This document shows, in pieces, positions 11,016-22,030 of a stretch of DNA of 64,000 bases. The first letter of the stretch is position 1. Each line of letters opens with the position of its first letter. The notes beneath the pieces were generated by a model. The model was given only the letters and a program-made list of their open reading frames with translations, did not search any database and was not told the DNA's origin. Both the position numbers and the translations under genes were made by a program. The DNA is from a virus. Its lineage: Duplodnaviria; Caudoviricetes. The stretch lies in the IMG/VR virus record IMGVR_UViG_3300031555_004891; one strand, 5' to 3'.

Positions 11016-11273
11016 ATGAAATATTTTAAAGTTAAAGATAAAAAATTAGCTGTTGAAAAATTAGCTCATGCAATGCTTGAGATTCGAGATGCTTCAGGTA
11101 AATATGTGAAAACTATACAACCATATACACCTATGACAAAAATAATTGATGAAATTAAAAATAGTTGGAAAAAAGATTTTAAAGTGCATTTCATAACATA
11201 TGCTTATGGTGATGTTGGAAATGTTTATGAAATTTTTGATGGTAAACAGTCATTATTTGCACCTAATTTGTAA
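11016..11273 (+). CDS. hypothetical early protein
   Basis: GAGG RBS + ATG 11016 after promoter at 10965. Confidence 0.7.
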   Translation: MKYFKVKDKKLAVEKLAHAMLEIRDASGKYVKTIQPYTPMTKIIDEIKNSWKKDFKVHFITYAYGDVGNVYEIFDGKQSLFAPNL

Positions 11274-11302
11274 TTAATATAATACTTGGAGGTATTTTTT
11301 AT

Positions 11303-11686
11303 ATGTGTTTGATTTTTAGCAAGAAAGCGAGAAAAGAATATAAAGCTCGCAAAACGGTCCTTAAGATGGATGATGCAACGATTGATGCGAAGGTTAAGAT
11401 TCAAGGAACGCCTTACGATAGAAAGCGTAAGTATGGTCCAGAAATTCTCAACGCAATTCAATTAGAGTTTAATAACGGCGTAAAAGTAGCAGATATTGCG
11501 AAAAAGTACAACATGAGCTCTACTGTAGTCAGGTACAATGTTGATTCTGAGTTTAAGAAAGCTCATAACGCTAAAAGAAAGAAAGGCGCGCATGGAATTG
11601 GACCTATGGATTTCGACAACAGAGTTACATATAAAAGAAAATTGGTTAAGGATAAGAAAATCAGCGTAGCAGGATTAGTGGAATGA
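11303..11686 (+). CDS. basic protein with HTH-like segment
   Basis: GVKVADIAKKYNMSSTVVRY. Confidence 0.6.
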   Translation: MCLIFSKKARKEYKARKTVLKMDDATIDAKVKIQGTPYDRKRKYGPEILNAIQLEFNNGVKVADIAKKYNMSSTVVRYNVDSEFKKAHNAKRKKGAHGIGPMDFDNRVTYKRKLVKDKKISVAGLVE

Positions 11687-12327
11687 AAGCATTAAACATT
11701 GAAAATAACAAATATCGATTTATCGAATTGTTAAATAAAATCACACGTGATGGAGCAGATATTTCTGGCTTTATCTATAAGTTAGATCATTCTGACTTTT
11801 TTCAAGCACCATGCTCTACTGTTTATCATCTAAATATAGAAGGTGGATTATGTTTACATTGCTTAAACGTCTATGATCAAATTGTTAAACTTGCAGATAT
11901 GTTTTGTCCAGGTCAATACTCAGAGGAAACCTTAATTATAGTTGCTCTTTGTCATGATATGGATAAAATGAACAAATATGAGCCATATTTCAAAAATGTA
12001 AAAGATTATTGTGAAAATGGGTCTAAAAAAGATGATGCAGGTAGATTTGAGTGGAAAACAGAAAAAGCTTATAAAGTAAAAGATAATGATAATAGATTTG
12101 TTTATGGTCATCATGGACAAAATTCTGAGTACATTACTAGCACATATATTCCACTTAAGTTCGAAGAAAGTGTGGCGATTGTAAATCATTCTGGTGGCGA
12201 TGACCAGTATAAGCCTTATGATATGAGTACAATTTTTAATAAATATGATTTAGCGGTATTACTTCATATGGCTGATTTTATAAGCACATACATTATCGAA
12301 CCTCGATTAGAGAAGGCTGATGAATAA
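11683..12327 (+). CDS. HD-domain hydrolase
   Basis: HLNIEGGLCLH, ALCHDMDK, LLHMAD. Confidence 0.85.
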   Translation: MKALNIENNKYRFIELLNKITRDGADISGFIYKLDHSDFFQAPCSTVYHLNIEGGLCLHCLNVYDQIVKLADMFCPGQYSEETLIIVALCHDMDKMNKYEPYFKNVKDYCENGSKKDDAGRFEWKTEKAYKVKDNDNRFVYGHHGQNSEYITSTYIPLKFEESVAIVNHSGGDDQYKPYDMSTIFNKYDLAVLLHMADFISTYIIEPRLEKADE

Positions 12328-12694
12328 AATTATTTTAGAACAGTTACAAAATTGTAAACATTGTCAATTACCAGCATATGATGATGATACTACGAAGATT
12401 TTTATTCCAAAACATGAGATAAAGAAAGAAATAGTTTTAACAGAAGGTCATTGCTATTTGATTGAGATAGCTGATTATGTATTAAATCCACCAGAAGGAT
12501 TTACTTTATCTAAAAATTGGAATGGCGGAACGAATCCACCAACAAAATATATGAACGTTTCTGTTATAAAATCTATGGGTAAAATGTTTAAAGTGGAAGG
12601 TGTTGGTATAGATATTATGTCCAGATGCACATTAGATTGTTTTTGGACAGGTTGGCTACCTGGAACAGCTGTTGTTATTAAGGAGGAAATTTAA
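12320..12694 (+). CDS. hypothetical protein
   Basis: ORF in operon. Confidence 0.7.
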   Translation: MNKIILEQLQNCKHCQLPAYDDDTTKIFIPKHEIKKEIVLTEGHCYLIEIADYVLNPPEGFTLSKNWNGGTNPPTKYMNVSVIKSMGKMFKVEGVGIDIMSRCTLDCFWTGWLPGTAVVIKEEI

Positions 12695-12697
12695 GTT

Positions 12698-13714
12698 ATG
12701 GCGCAAAGCTTAGCAGTCAGATACAGACCAGAAACACTAGAAGAGGTTGTTAGCCAAAAATCAGTTATCAAAATTCTTAATAAGCAGTTGCAGCTTGACC
12801 AATTGAAACATAATTATTTATTCTGTGGTCCTAGCGGCACAGGGAAGACAACTACTGCCCGTGCGTTTGCAAAACTTATAAACGAAGGTGTTGGTGATCC
12901 TATAGAGATTGATGGCGCATCAAACAATGGTGTAGAAAACGTCAGAGCTATTATCAAAAATGCTCAAGAAAGATCTATTGAGGGTAAATATAAGATCTTT
13001 ATTATCGACGAAGCGCATATGATAACAACTGCTGGCTGGAATGCTTTTCTTAAATGCATTGAAGAGCCACCTGCTTTTACCATTTTTATGTTTTGTACTA
13101 CTGACCCCCAAAAAATACCTGCAACAATTATTAATCGTGTTATGAAGTTTCAACTCACAAAGATTGAAACAAATCTTATAGTCGATAGATTGAAATACAT
13201 ATGTAAATGCGAAAATGTTTCATACACAGATGAGGCTATTGAGTTTATCGCAAAAGTTGCTGATGGTGGTATGCGTGATGCTATAGCGAGTATGGAACAG
13301 TGTATTGATTATGGTGAGCTCAATATTGATAATGTTTTAACTGTATTAGGTTCTTACTCATATTCGATGTTTTTCAATCTAGTTAACTACATTATAGATG
13401 GAAAAGACCCAGAAGTGTTACAAACTGTAGAAGATGTGTATAATCAAGGATCTGATTTAAAACTTTTTGTAGAGCAATTTTTGAATTTCTGTTTAGATGT
13501 AGCTAAATATGCTATTTTTAATAATTGTTCGATGGTAAAGATACCTTCAAGCATGGAGCAAGACCTTAAAAATGCTACAAACTTCGAGAACGCTTCTAAA
13601 TATTATATGTATTTGACTGATAAGCTTCTCGATTTAAAAGTTATATTGAAAAATGACACAAATATTAAAGACACTGTAGAAGTTTATTTCTTAAAAATGT
13701 CTAGATGTATGTGA
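12698..13714 (+). CDS. dnaX: DNA pol III gamma/tau-like clamp-loader ATPase
   Basis: YRP, GPSGTGKTT, EIDGASN, IIDEAHM, NAFLKCIEEPP, GGMRDA. Confidence 0.92.
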   Translation: MAQSLAVRYRPETLEEVVSQKSVIKILNKQLQLDQLKHNYLFCGPSGTGKTTTARAFAKLINEGVGDPIEIDGASNNGVENVRAIIKNAQERSIEGKYKIFIIDEAHMITTAGWNAFLKCIEEPPAFTIFMFCTTDPQKIPATIINRVMKFQLTKIETNLIVDRLKYICKCENVSYTDEAIEFIAKVADGGMRDAIASMEQCIDYGELNIDNVLTVLGSYSYSMFFNLVNYIIDGKDPEVLQTVEDVYNQGSDLKLFVEQFLNFCLDVAKYAIFNNCSMVKIPSSMEQDLKNATNFENASKYYMYLTDKLLDLKVILKNDTNIKDTVEVYFLKMSRCM

Positions 13715-13721
13715 GGTTTAT

Positions 13722-14504
13722 ATGGTAGGTCAAGAGCATATAATTAAATATATAGATAATAAGACCAGGGATACTTTCCCTAGGTCTTTAATACTATTAG
13801 GTGAAACAGGTTGCGGTAAACATACTGTTATAGCATACATAAAGGATAAACTTAAACTTGAGGTAATTAATATATCTGATAATCTAAATCTAGAATTTAT
13901 AGAAAATCTTTATAGTAAACCAGAGCCTTATATTTATGTTATAGACGCACCTAAGATAACGATTAAAGAGCAGAATATAATTCTTAAATTTGTAGAAGAG
14001 CCACTTAAAAATTCTTATATAATTATTATTGCTGAAACAAAAAATCAGCTTCTACAAACTGTTTATAATAGATGTCAAGTGTTATCTTTTAATCCATATA
14101 GTAGAGAGCAGTTACAGCAATTCACATCAGATGAGTTGGTTCTCAAAATAGCTAAAACACCAGGTCAAGTAACTGATCTTTTAGCTAGTGATTTGAAAAG
14201 TATGCTTGAGTTAGCTGAAAAGATTGTAAGAAAGATTGGTAACGCAAATTTACCGAATGTTTTAACAATATCAGATAAAATAGCTTATAAGAATGAGAAA
14301 GATAAATTTGATCTAGATATTTTTTCAAGAATTCTGTTATATACTGTAAAGCAGGAAATTATCTGTAATAACACAGACCCTAGATATCTAGCTATGTATG
14401 ATTTAGTACGAGAATGGTTACTAAAGAAAAAAGCACCAACTATAAGTCAAAAATTCTTATTTGAAAATTATCTAGTTAAATTACATGAGCTTATGAGAGG
14501 TTAA
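13722..14504 (+). CDS. clamp-loader delta-prime-like subunit
   Basis: GETGCGK, QNIILKFVEEP, LLQTVYNRC. Confidence 0.75.
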   Translation: MVGQEHIIKYIDNKTRDTFPRSLILLGETGCGKHTVIAYIKDKLKLEVINISDNLNLEFIENLYSKPEPYIYVIDAPKITIKEQNIILKFVEEPLKNSYIIIIAETKNQLLQTVYNRCQVLSFNPYSREQLQQFTSDELVLKIAKTPGQVTDLLASDLKSMLELAEKIVRKIGNANLPNVLTISDKIAYKNEKDKFDLDIFSRILLYTVKQEIICNNTDPRYLAMYDLVREWLLKKKAPTISQKFLFENYLVKLHELMRG

Positions 14505-14505
14505 T

Positions 14506-15426
14506 ATGACTATTGAAAGCTTAAAAGAGTTAATTGAAACAAATGCTGATTTAGATAGTATGTATATTTTTTTGAATTCTGAAAATACTTTTCTATCAAA
14601 TCAATATATAGTAGAGATTTCAAAAAAGAAAAACTTAAAAATAGTTTACGTAGAGGATCTTAAAGCTCTTATTCCAGATAAGAATGATATTTTTGGCGTA
14701 GAAGAAACTATAGATAGCACCTGCTTATATGTTCATCATCAAGAAACATTTGATTTTAAAGATTCTAGTTTGAAAGAATTAAAGAATCTTATCATTGTTT
14801 GCGATAAGATTGATGATGAAACAAAAGAAATTTTTGATCCATATATTATAAAAATGCCAAGACTAGAAGAGTGGATGATAAAAGATTATGTATACACTAT
14901 AGCAGATGGGGTAGATACTGTTAAATTAGATTGGCTTATAAAAGTTGCTAATAATGACATTTATCGCATAGAAAATGAAATAGCAAAAATATCTATATTT
15001 CCTAAAGTTGAAAGAAATTATATTTTTGATCTTCTTATGGAAGAAGATGCTTTTGCTGACTTAAATAACTATCACATATTTGACTTATCTACAGCATTGT
15101 TACAGAAAGACCTGATTAAAATTGCTGAGTTAGTAGAAGATGTTAAAAGTTGGGATTGTGAACCGCTCGGCTTGCAAGTATTAACTTCTCAGAATTTTAG
15201 AAAAGTTTTACAAATTCAGTTATCCCCTAAACCAGATCCAGATAAATTAGGCTTAACTAGTAAACAGATTTGGGCTATACAAAAATATAACTGTGGCTTT
15301 TATTCTAGAGATCAATTAGTAAAGATTTTTGATAAAGTAACCTATGCAGATTATATGATGAAAAATGGTGACTTATCGAATGATAAGCTAGTTGATTATT
15401 TAATTCTTAATATTTTATCGGCATAA
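14506..15426 (+). CDS. clamp-loader delta-like subunit
   Basis: NDIYRIENEIAK, IFDLSTALL, ADYMMKNG; follows dnaX/holB-like genes. Confidence 0.7.
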   Translation: MTIESLKELIETNADLDSMYIFLNSENTFLSNQYIVEISKKKNLKIVYVEDLKALIPDKNDIFGVEETIDSTCLYVHHQETFDFKDSSLKELKNLIIVCDKIDDETKEIFDPYIIKMPRLEEWMIKDYVYTIADGVDTVKLDWLIKVANNDIYRIENEIAKISIFPKVERNYIFDLLMEEDAFADLNNYHIFDLSTALLQKDLIKIAELVEDVKSWDCEPLGLQVLTSQNFRKVLQIQLSPKPDPDKLGLTSKQIWAIQKYNCGFYSRDQLVKIFDKVTYADYMMKNGDLSNDKLVDYLILNILSA

Positions 15427-15439
15427 TGGAGGTAGCTGT

Positions 15440-16477
15440 TTGAAAGTTTTAATTGTAGGTGATGTGCATTGGAGTGAATATGCATCAATTGTCAGAAAGC
15501 GTGGTCCTAAATATTCTAAACGTCTTGAAAATTTAATTAATTCTGTTAATTGGGTAGAAGCAACAGCAGAAGAATATAACTGTGATATGATTATTTTTCT
15601 AGGCGATTTCTTCGATAAGTCTGAACTTAATGCTGCTGAAGTAACAGCTTTGCAAGAAGTTGTTTGGGCTAGAATACCACATATTTATTTAGTTGGTAAT
15701 CATGAAGAAATGCTTCAAGATCTTTCTACTAGCTCAGCTCATTTCTTTAATTCTATCCCTTACGCTAGAGTTATAGATGAGCCTACTTTTGAAGAGTTGC
15801 CTGGCGGGATGTTTGTATACATACCTTATATTTTAGAAGAAGAGCGTAAACCTTTAACTGAGTATATTCCAGATACTATAGCTAACACTTTTGTATTTAG
15901 TCACAATGATATAAAAGGTATAAATTTTGGTCATTTTGAGTCAAAAGAAGGTTTTGAAGTTTCAGAAATAGAAGAACATTGTGATAGATTCTTTAATGGT
16001 CATTTGCATAATGGTACGCAATTCTGTAAGAATGGTTTTAATATAGGTAATTTAACTGGTCAGAATTTCAGTGAAGATGCTTCTAAATATGAGCATAAAG
16101 TTTGCGTATTTGAAACAGAAGATTATCAGCAATTATGGTTAGAAAATCCTTACGCACTAAATTTCTATAAATTCGAAATAAATGATATAAATACGTATTT
16201 ACGTAAAATTAAAGACATAAAAAACAATTCTGTTGTAACTATTAAGGTACCAGAAGATTCTGTAGCAGATGTAAAGAAACTCATAGCAGAAAATGATAAA
16301 ATTATCGAATATAGAATAATTTGTGTACCAAATAAACTTGATAGCAATAATCAAAAAGAAAATGTAGTAATAGAATCTGTTAATCATTTGGACCAGTTTG
16401 TGCAGTATATAAAAGATAATTTAGAAATGACTGATATTATAGTATCAGAGTTATCGGAGGTATGTAAATGCAATTAA
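15440..16477 (+). CDS. sbcD: SbcD/Mre11-like nuclease
   Basis: GDVH, LGDFFD, GNHE, NGHLH. Confidence 0.88.
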   Translation: MKVLIVGDVHWSEYASIVRKRGPKYSKRLENLINSVNWVEATAEEYNCDMIIFLGDFFDKSELNAAEVTALQEVVWARIPHIYLVGNHEEMLQDLSTSSAHFFNSIPYARVIDEPTFEELPGGMFVYIPYILEEERKPLTEYIPDTIANTFVFSHNDIKGINFGHFESKEGFEVSEIEEHCDRFFNGHLHNGTQFCKNGFNIGNLTGQNFSEDASKYEHKVCVFETEDYQQLWLENPYALNFYKFEINDINTYLRKIKDIKNNSVVTIKVPEDSVADVKKLIAENDKIIEYRIICVPNKLDSNNQKENVVIESVNHLDQFVQYIKDNLEMTDIIVSELSEVCKCN

Positions 16478-18336
16478 GATTTAAACGAGTTATAATTGAA
16501 AATTTCTTATCTATTGGTACTGCTGATATCAATCTTGAGGATAGAGGCTATTGTCAAATTATTGGTGTTAATAATAATCCCGCAGATCTGGCGAAGTCAA
16601 ATGGTAGCGGTAAAAGCAGCCTCATGTCAGCTATTGTTTGGGCTTTAACAGGTGAAACAGCGAGTGGTGTTAAAGATGTAGTTAACATGTTTAATCCAGG
16701 TGGTACATCAGTAGAATTACAGTTCACTGCTGATAATGATTCTTATGTTATTACCAGATATAAAGAGCATAAGAAGTTTAAAACTGACTTGAAAATTTTA
16801 GTTAACAGTGAGGATAAATCAGGAAAAGGTATTCGGGATAGTCAAAAGCTTTTAGAATCATATTTACCAGATTTAACACCATCACTTATTGGCTCTGTAA
16901 TTATTTTAGGTCAAGGCTTACCACAACGTTTTACTAATAACACACCTTCTGGAAGAAAAGAAGTCTTAGAAAAATTATCTAAGTCAGATTTCATGATAGA
17001 GGATTTGAAAAAACGTTTGGTAGAAAGAAAAGCAACCTTAAATAAATTGTTGCGTGAGCAAGAAGACAACATTTTAGCAGCTAACACCCAAAAAACTACC
17101 TTACAAACTCAAATAACGCAATCAGAACAGCGCTTAGCAACTTTAGAAGATCCTGCTATTTATTCTGATCTAATAAAGCGCACAGAAGAAAAGATTTCTT
17201 ATATAGATAATAAAGTTCAAGAATTAAAAACAGATCTTGACTTATATAGAGATACTTATCAAAAAGCTTCTTTGCAGAAAGCTGAAATTGAAAAAGATAT
17301 TGCTGAAAGAAGAAATGCAGTAAATGTAGAGTTCTTAAATGCTAAAAATGAGATAAATATAAGAAAGACTGAATTTCAATCTGCAATCGCAAATCTAACT
17401 AGAGAAATTACAAAAGCAAAATCAATCAAAGATACTTGCCCTACATGCGGTAGAAAATTTGAAAATGTTTATATTCCAGATACTACAGAGCAAGAATGTG
17501 AGGTAGAATCGTTAAGAATTAAAATAGCTGATTTAGATAAAATTTTATCTGAAGTAGTTTCTAGTAATAATGCTGAGATGGATTCTTTTGACGCAGAATT
17601 ATCAGAAAGGACTGAAGCATTAACTAGAGAGCTCTTAGAAACTCAAGCACATATTTCAAGTTTAGAGAAAGCTATAAGCGCACAACAGTATGAGAGAAAT
17701 GTTGAGCAAACATCATTGACTAAATATGAAAATCTTAAATCTACATATTATGCAACAGTAGATGCTATAAGCAGCACTATTGCGAGCAATAAAACCGCAA
17801 TTGCAGAATTAGAGCAAAATCTGGTATATTATATTGATAGTAAGGAAAAGCTAGAAGTCCGTCTAGAAGTAATAAATAAATTTACAACTATTACTACTAG
17901 AGATTTTAGAGGGTACTTGCTTAAAAATGTAATAGAATTTATTGATAAGAAGTCAAAAGATTATTGCAGATTTATTTTCGATACGGATAAGTTAGACTTT
18001 ATTCTTGATGGAAATAATATAGATATCAGATATTGTGATAAGCAGTATGAATCTTTATCAGGTGGTGAGAAACAGAAAGTAGATTTAATTGTACAATTTG
18101 CTATCAGAGATATGCTCTGTCAATTTTTAGGTTTTGCATCAAATATTTTAGTATTAGATGAGATATTTGATAATCTGGATAGTATAGGTTGTGATAGAGT
18201 TATTAATATGTTGTCTCAAAATTTGTCTGATATTGATAGTGTTTTTATTATATCGCATCATCAAGACCTTGCATTACCTTCTGACTCTACTATTACAGTT
18301 ATTAAACAAAATAACGGAGTCAGCACGGTACAATGA
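16468..18336 (+). CDS. sbcC: SbcC/Rad50-like ATPase
   Basis: NGSGKS, CPTC hook, LSGGE, LVLDE, ISH. Confidence 0.92.
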   Translation: MQLRFKRVIIENFLSIGTADINLEDRGYCQIIGVNNNPADLAKSNGSGKSSLMSAIVWALTGETASGVKDVVNMFNPGGTSVELQFTADNDSYVITRYKEHKKFKTDLKILVNSEDKSGKGIRDSQKLLESYLPDLTPSLIGSVIILGQGLPQRFTNNTPSGRKEVLEKLSKSDFMIEDLKKRLVERKATLNKLLREQEDNILAANTQKTTLQTQITQSEQRLATLEDPAIYSDLIKRTEEKISYIDNKVQELKTDLDLYRDTYQKASLQKAEIEKDIAERRNAVNVEFLNAKNEINIRKTEFQSAIANLTREITKAKSIKDTCPTCGRKFENVYIPDTTEQECEVESLRIKIADLDKILSEVVSSNNAEMDSFDAELSERTEALTRELLETQAHISSLEKAISAQQYERNVEQTSLTKYENLKSTYYATVDAISSTIASNKTAIAELEQNLVYYIDSKEKLEVRLEVINKFTTITTRDFRGYLLKNVIEFIDKKSKDYCRFIFDTDKLDFILDGNNIDIRYCDKQYESLSGGEKQKVDLIVQFAIRDMLCQFLGFASNILVLDEIFDNLDSIGCDRVINMLSQNLSDIDSVFIISHHQDLALPSDSTITVIKQNNGVSTVQ

Positions 18337-19187
18337 AAGAGTAGTTAAGAAAACGAACAGTAGATTATTGTATATATGTAGATGAGCATATATACACAAA
18401 TAATTTTGATCCAGAATAGATTTTTGATGCTTTATATAATATAGTTTATGTTTTAGCTATTAAGCATAAGCTATTTAAAAGCTGGGAAGATTATGAACCA
18501 TTTGCGATGGATTGTTCCTGTAGATTGTATTAGCGTCTAACTAATCCAAAGCAATTTTTACCAGAAGGTGATCCCAGAAAAATAAAGAAGATAAAATCTA
18601 TTCTAAATTATATTAAGAAAACATTATTCTTAATGAAAATAGATTATCAGAAAGAATTTTTTGGACAATAGTTTGTTCCTGAAATGCATGATCAATCTGT
18701 ATAGGATATCCGTGAGAGACTTGTTGGATCTGCTCACGAGCAAACAAAAAACTTTTTGCATGTAGATTTTGAGCATTATTTGAAAAAAATATCTCGAACA
18801 ATGAAACATTTCTTAAAGTCTACACCATATGCAAATAATCCAGTCATGTTACATAATATTTATTTAAGCTGTCTCATGACTATGCTTAATTAGATTACAT
18901 TAAATAATAATAACAAAAAACGTCTTGAAAATAAGCTTAAAAAAGGTTATGAGACATCGGATTTTATAAATAGAGTTTATATGGAAGAAGCATCTACATC
19001 AACTGTACTTTTTCATTTAGATGATAGTATGTTTAATTATATAAACACTCTAGTTGCTAGAATAAAGAAATTGATTGTTAAAGATTTACGAGATCTTATT
19101 GGTAGTGCAGAACCCACAGATACAGTAGTGCAAGCTATCATAGCATCATCGATGGAGGAATATTCGGATGATCCGGAACAATATTGA
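18333..19187 (+). CDS. hypothetical 284-aa protein with 6 in-frame TAG (possible transcription factor)
   Basis: ATG overlaps sbcC stop (ATGA); no TAA/TGA until 19185. Confidence 0.75.
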
Positions 19188-19542
19188 GAACTTAAAGCAG
19201 CAAGATTTTTACTCATTGCTTTTATTTGCTCTATATAAATTTAATGACGTTAAAGAATATTCTTCTTTGAGTCAATTAGCATATATTTTAGATAAAGATA
19301 ACTTGCTTAATTTATGTGAGTATTTTGGTGGTCAAACTATTACGGTACCAACATTGCAAGAATTAGAATCTCTCATATATTCGCTTTTATTATATCAATA
19401 TGTTAAGATTGACGGTATGGAATATGATGAAGCACTTAAGCTAATCGGACATGAGTCATGTGAGTTGCGTCAAGTAAAGAAAAGATATAAAGCATTGTGT
19501 GATGTTTTAGAAAATTACTCTTTTAAACCGCAGGAGAATTAA
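19168..19542 (+). CDS. Mor-like transcription activator
   Basis: LCEYFGGQTITVP motif + C-terminal helical segment. Confidence 0.6.
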   Translation: MIRNNIENLKQQDFYSLLLFALYKFNDVKEYSSLSQLAYILDKDNLLNLCEYFGGQTITVPTLQELESLIYSLLLYQYVKIDGMEYDEALKLIGHESCELRQVKKRYKALCDVLENYSFKPQEN

Positions 19543-19545
19543 CCT

Positions 19546-19746
19546 ATGGTAGAAGAAATAGCGAAAAGTATGCTAGCGGATGTAAAAAAGCGAAATAGGA
19601 CTAAAGAAGAGCTTTTACCATATTATGTTTAGAAACGGTTAGATAAATCTATAAAAACATATTATAAACAATTGCTTGAAAGCTGTAATTTCTTAAGCAA
19701 TGTTACTGATGAGTCTAAAGTAATAAAAAAGTTAGCTAAATTATAA
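19546..19746 (+). CDS. hypothetical protein (1 TAG)
   Basis: AGGAG RBS, ATG 19546, TAA 19744. Confidence 0.6.
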
Positions 19747-19757
19747 GGAATGTAGAG

Positions 19758-20099
19758 ATGGAAGATAAGAAACCAATAAATATTCTAGATGATATATGTA
19801 AAATAACGACTATTCCTACTGCGTCTATGAATAAGCTTTTTAATAAGATGGAATGGTGTATATGTAATGCAGTAGAAGAGAGTAAAATATCTGGAGAAGC
19901 TATTACAGAAGTAAATATAGGGATTGGTAATTTAATAATTTCTATAGAAAATAATACATTACAATATAAATTTATTCCATCAGCTAAATTAGAAAAAGGT
20001 TTAGTTGAAACCGCTGTATATGGAAAAAATCCACTAGTGGTTAATTTAGAAGAAACTTTTGCTAATCGTATAGTAAAAACATTTAAGGATATGTTCTGA
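19758..20099 (+). CDS. hypothetical protein
   Basis: ORF. Confidence 0.7.
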   Translation: MEDKKPINILDDICKITTIPTASMNKLFNKMEWCICNAVEESKISGEAITEVNIGIGNLIISIENNTLQYKFIPSAKLEKGLVETAVYGKNPLVVNLEETFANRIVKTFKDMF

Positions 20100-20650
20100 T
20101 GTCAGAAGAAAAAAACTTACCTGAGATAATTGAATAGAAATCCATTTAGACGATGACTCAAGATTTAGCTCAACAAACTGAGCAGATAGTCTCAGATATA
20201 TTAGATCAAGATGACCCTGATAAAATGAAATAGCTTATAGGCTATTTTAATATGGCTCAATCTAAAAAAGATGTTTTGAGAACTTTATCTTATAATCAAC
20301 TTCTGGATGCTGTAACAGAATAGATGAGTGAAAGGGTAACAAAACGTGCAGATCAATTTAGTAATAAAGATTTACTTGATTACATGAACACTATGAACAG
20401 CTCGCTTGAAAGAGCTAGAAAGCAGATAAATAGTGTTGATGAAACACCAATGATTACACTTAATCAGCAAAACAATACAGTGATTCTAGATACGGATTCT
20501 TTAGATAGGGATTCTAAGAAAAGGGTAGCAGACGCAGTTAAATCAATACTTAAAAAATTAGAAGCTCAGAAAAATCTTGATGAAAGTATGGAAATTACAG
20601 AAGAATCACCTGTATTAAATAATGATACATCAGAAGATGACAACATATAA
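20099..20650 (+). CDS. hypothetical helical protein, 4 TAG (possibly terminase small subunit-like)
   Basis: ATG overlaps upstream TGA; in frame with 20324 ORF; function is a guess. Confidence 0.65.
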
Positions 20651-20669
20651 AATTTGGAGGAAATTTTAA

Positions 20670-20981
20670 ATGCCAGAAACTAAAAGTAAAGATATCGCTG
20701 CAGAAGAGGTGAAAGAAGAGATTAAAGCAGTTCCCGCTAAATCTGTCAAGCCTATTGTTAAGCCTGCAGCCATGACTAAAGCTAGTGATAATTTAACTAA
20801 AATAAATGCAGATCAAAAGAAAGAGATCGAAGAATTGAAAGCTAAGGTAGCTGAGTATGAGCAAAGAGATGCTCAATTCCAGCAAGCATATGCTCAGCAA
20901 GAAGCTAAATATGAAAAATTATTTAATGCTTACGCAACACTTCTCGATCTTTATCTCGGTAATTTAGATAATAGAAATTAA
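20670..20981 (+). CDS. coiled-coil hypothetical protein
   Basis: GGAGG RBS. Confidence 0.75.
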   Translation: MPETKSKDIAAEEVKEEIKAVPAKSVKPIVKPAAMTKASDNLTKINADQKKEIEELKAKVAEYEQRDAQFQQAYAQQEAKYEKLFNAYATLLDLYLGNLDNRN

Positions 20982-21072
20982 TAAAATATGAAAAAGAATT
21001 TAGTGGGGATATTTCAAAAGCATATCGGACCACTAACTATTAATAAATTGAGTATTTGTTAACGGGAGGTAT

Positions 21073-21900
21073 ATGAAAATGCAAACTCAAGAAATAACCC
21101 CTATTAAATGTGAGTTACCACAAACATTAGGTAATAATATACAAATCTATGTATTATCAGATGTACATATTGGTGACCCACATTGTGATATGGAAGTGCT
21201 TAAATAGATTGTTGATAAAATTAAAAATACACCTGAAATGTACTGCATTCTTTTAGGTGATATTCTCAATACAGCTCTCAAAACTTCTAAATCAGATATT
21301 TATTCTGAAACTATGAACGTAGCAGAAGCGCAGAAAAGAGCTGTAGAATTGCTTTATCCAATTAAAGATAAGATTCTTGCTATGACGCCAGGCAATCATG
21401 AGCTTCGAGTTTGGAGAGAAGCTGGTGTAGATATCTCATTATGGCTAGCAGAAAAACTTGAAATCACTGATAAATATAGAAATGAAGCTATAGCTCTTAA
21501 CATTAAATTTGGTAAAGATGTAGATGGTAAACCTTTCCATTTAAATATTTTCGGTCAACATGGTCAATATGGCGGTGGTAGAAAATTAGGGTCTGCTATG
21601 AACGCTTTAGAAGATCTTGATGGTATTATGTGTAATGCAGATATTTATATCAGAGCTCATACACATAATGCAGTGCAAGGTAGCAGAAAAGTATATTATT
21701 TCAATCAATATGGTAATGTAGACTGTAAAGTAAAATATTACTATAACAGCCCTAGTGTTTTAACATTTGGTGGATATGCTCTAGAAAAGGGTTATAAACC
21801 TACTAATGATGATCCTGCATATCTTAATATCAGAGCTGTTAGTACTAGAAAAGATAAGAGAACATTAAAAAGCTTTAAGATAGATAAAATCATGCTTTAA
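21073..21900 (+). CDS. calcineurin-like metallophosphoesterase (1 TAG)
   Basis: First motif SDVHIG lies upstream of the TAG; LGDILN, GNHE, AHTH downstream. Confidence 0.88.
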
Positions 21901-22030
21901 TAGCTGATTTTCATAGCTAAATTATATAGATTTCAATAGTTAAGTTCTATAAGAATTATTAAATAAGAGTATCTGTAAGCCCAGAAATGGTAAGTCAGAT
22001 AATAAAGAAATAATTGAGGAGAACATTAAG

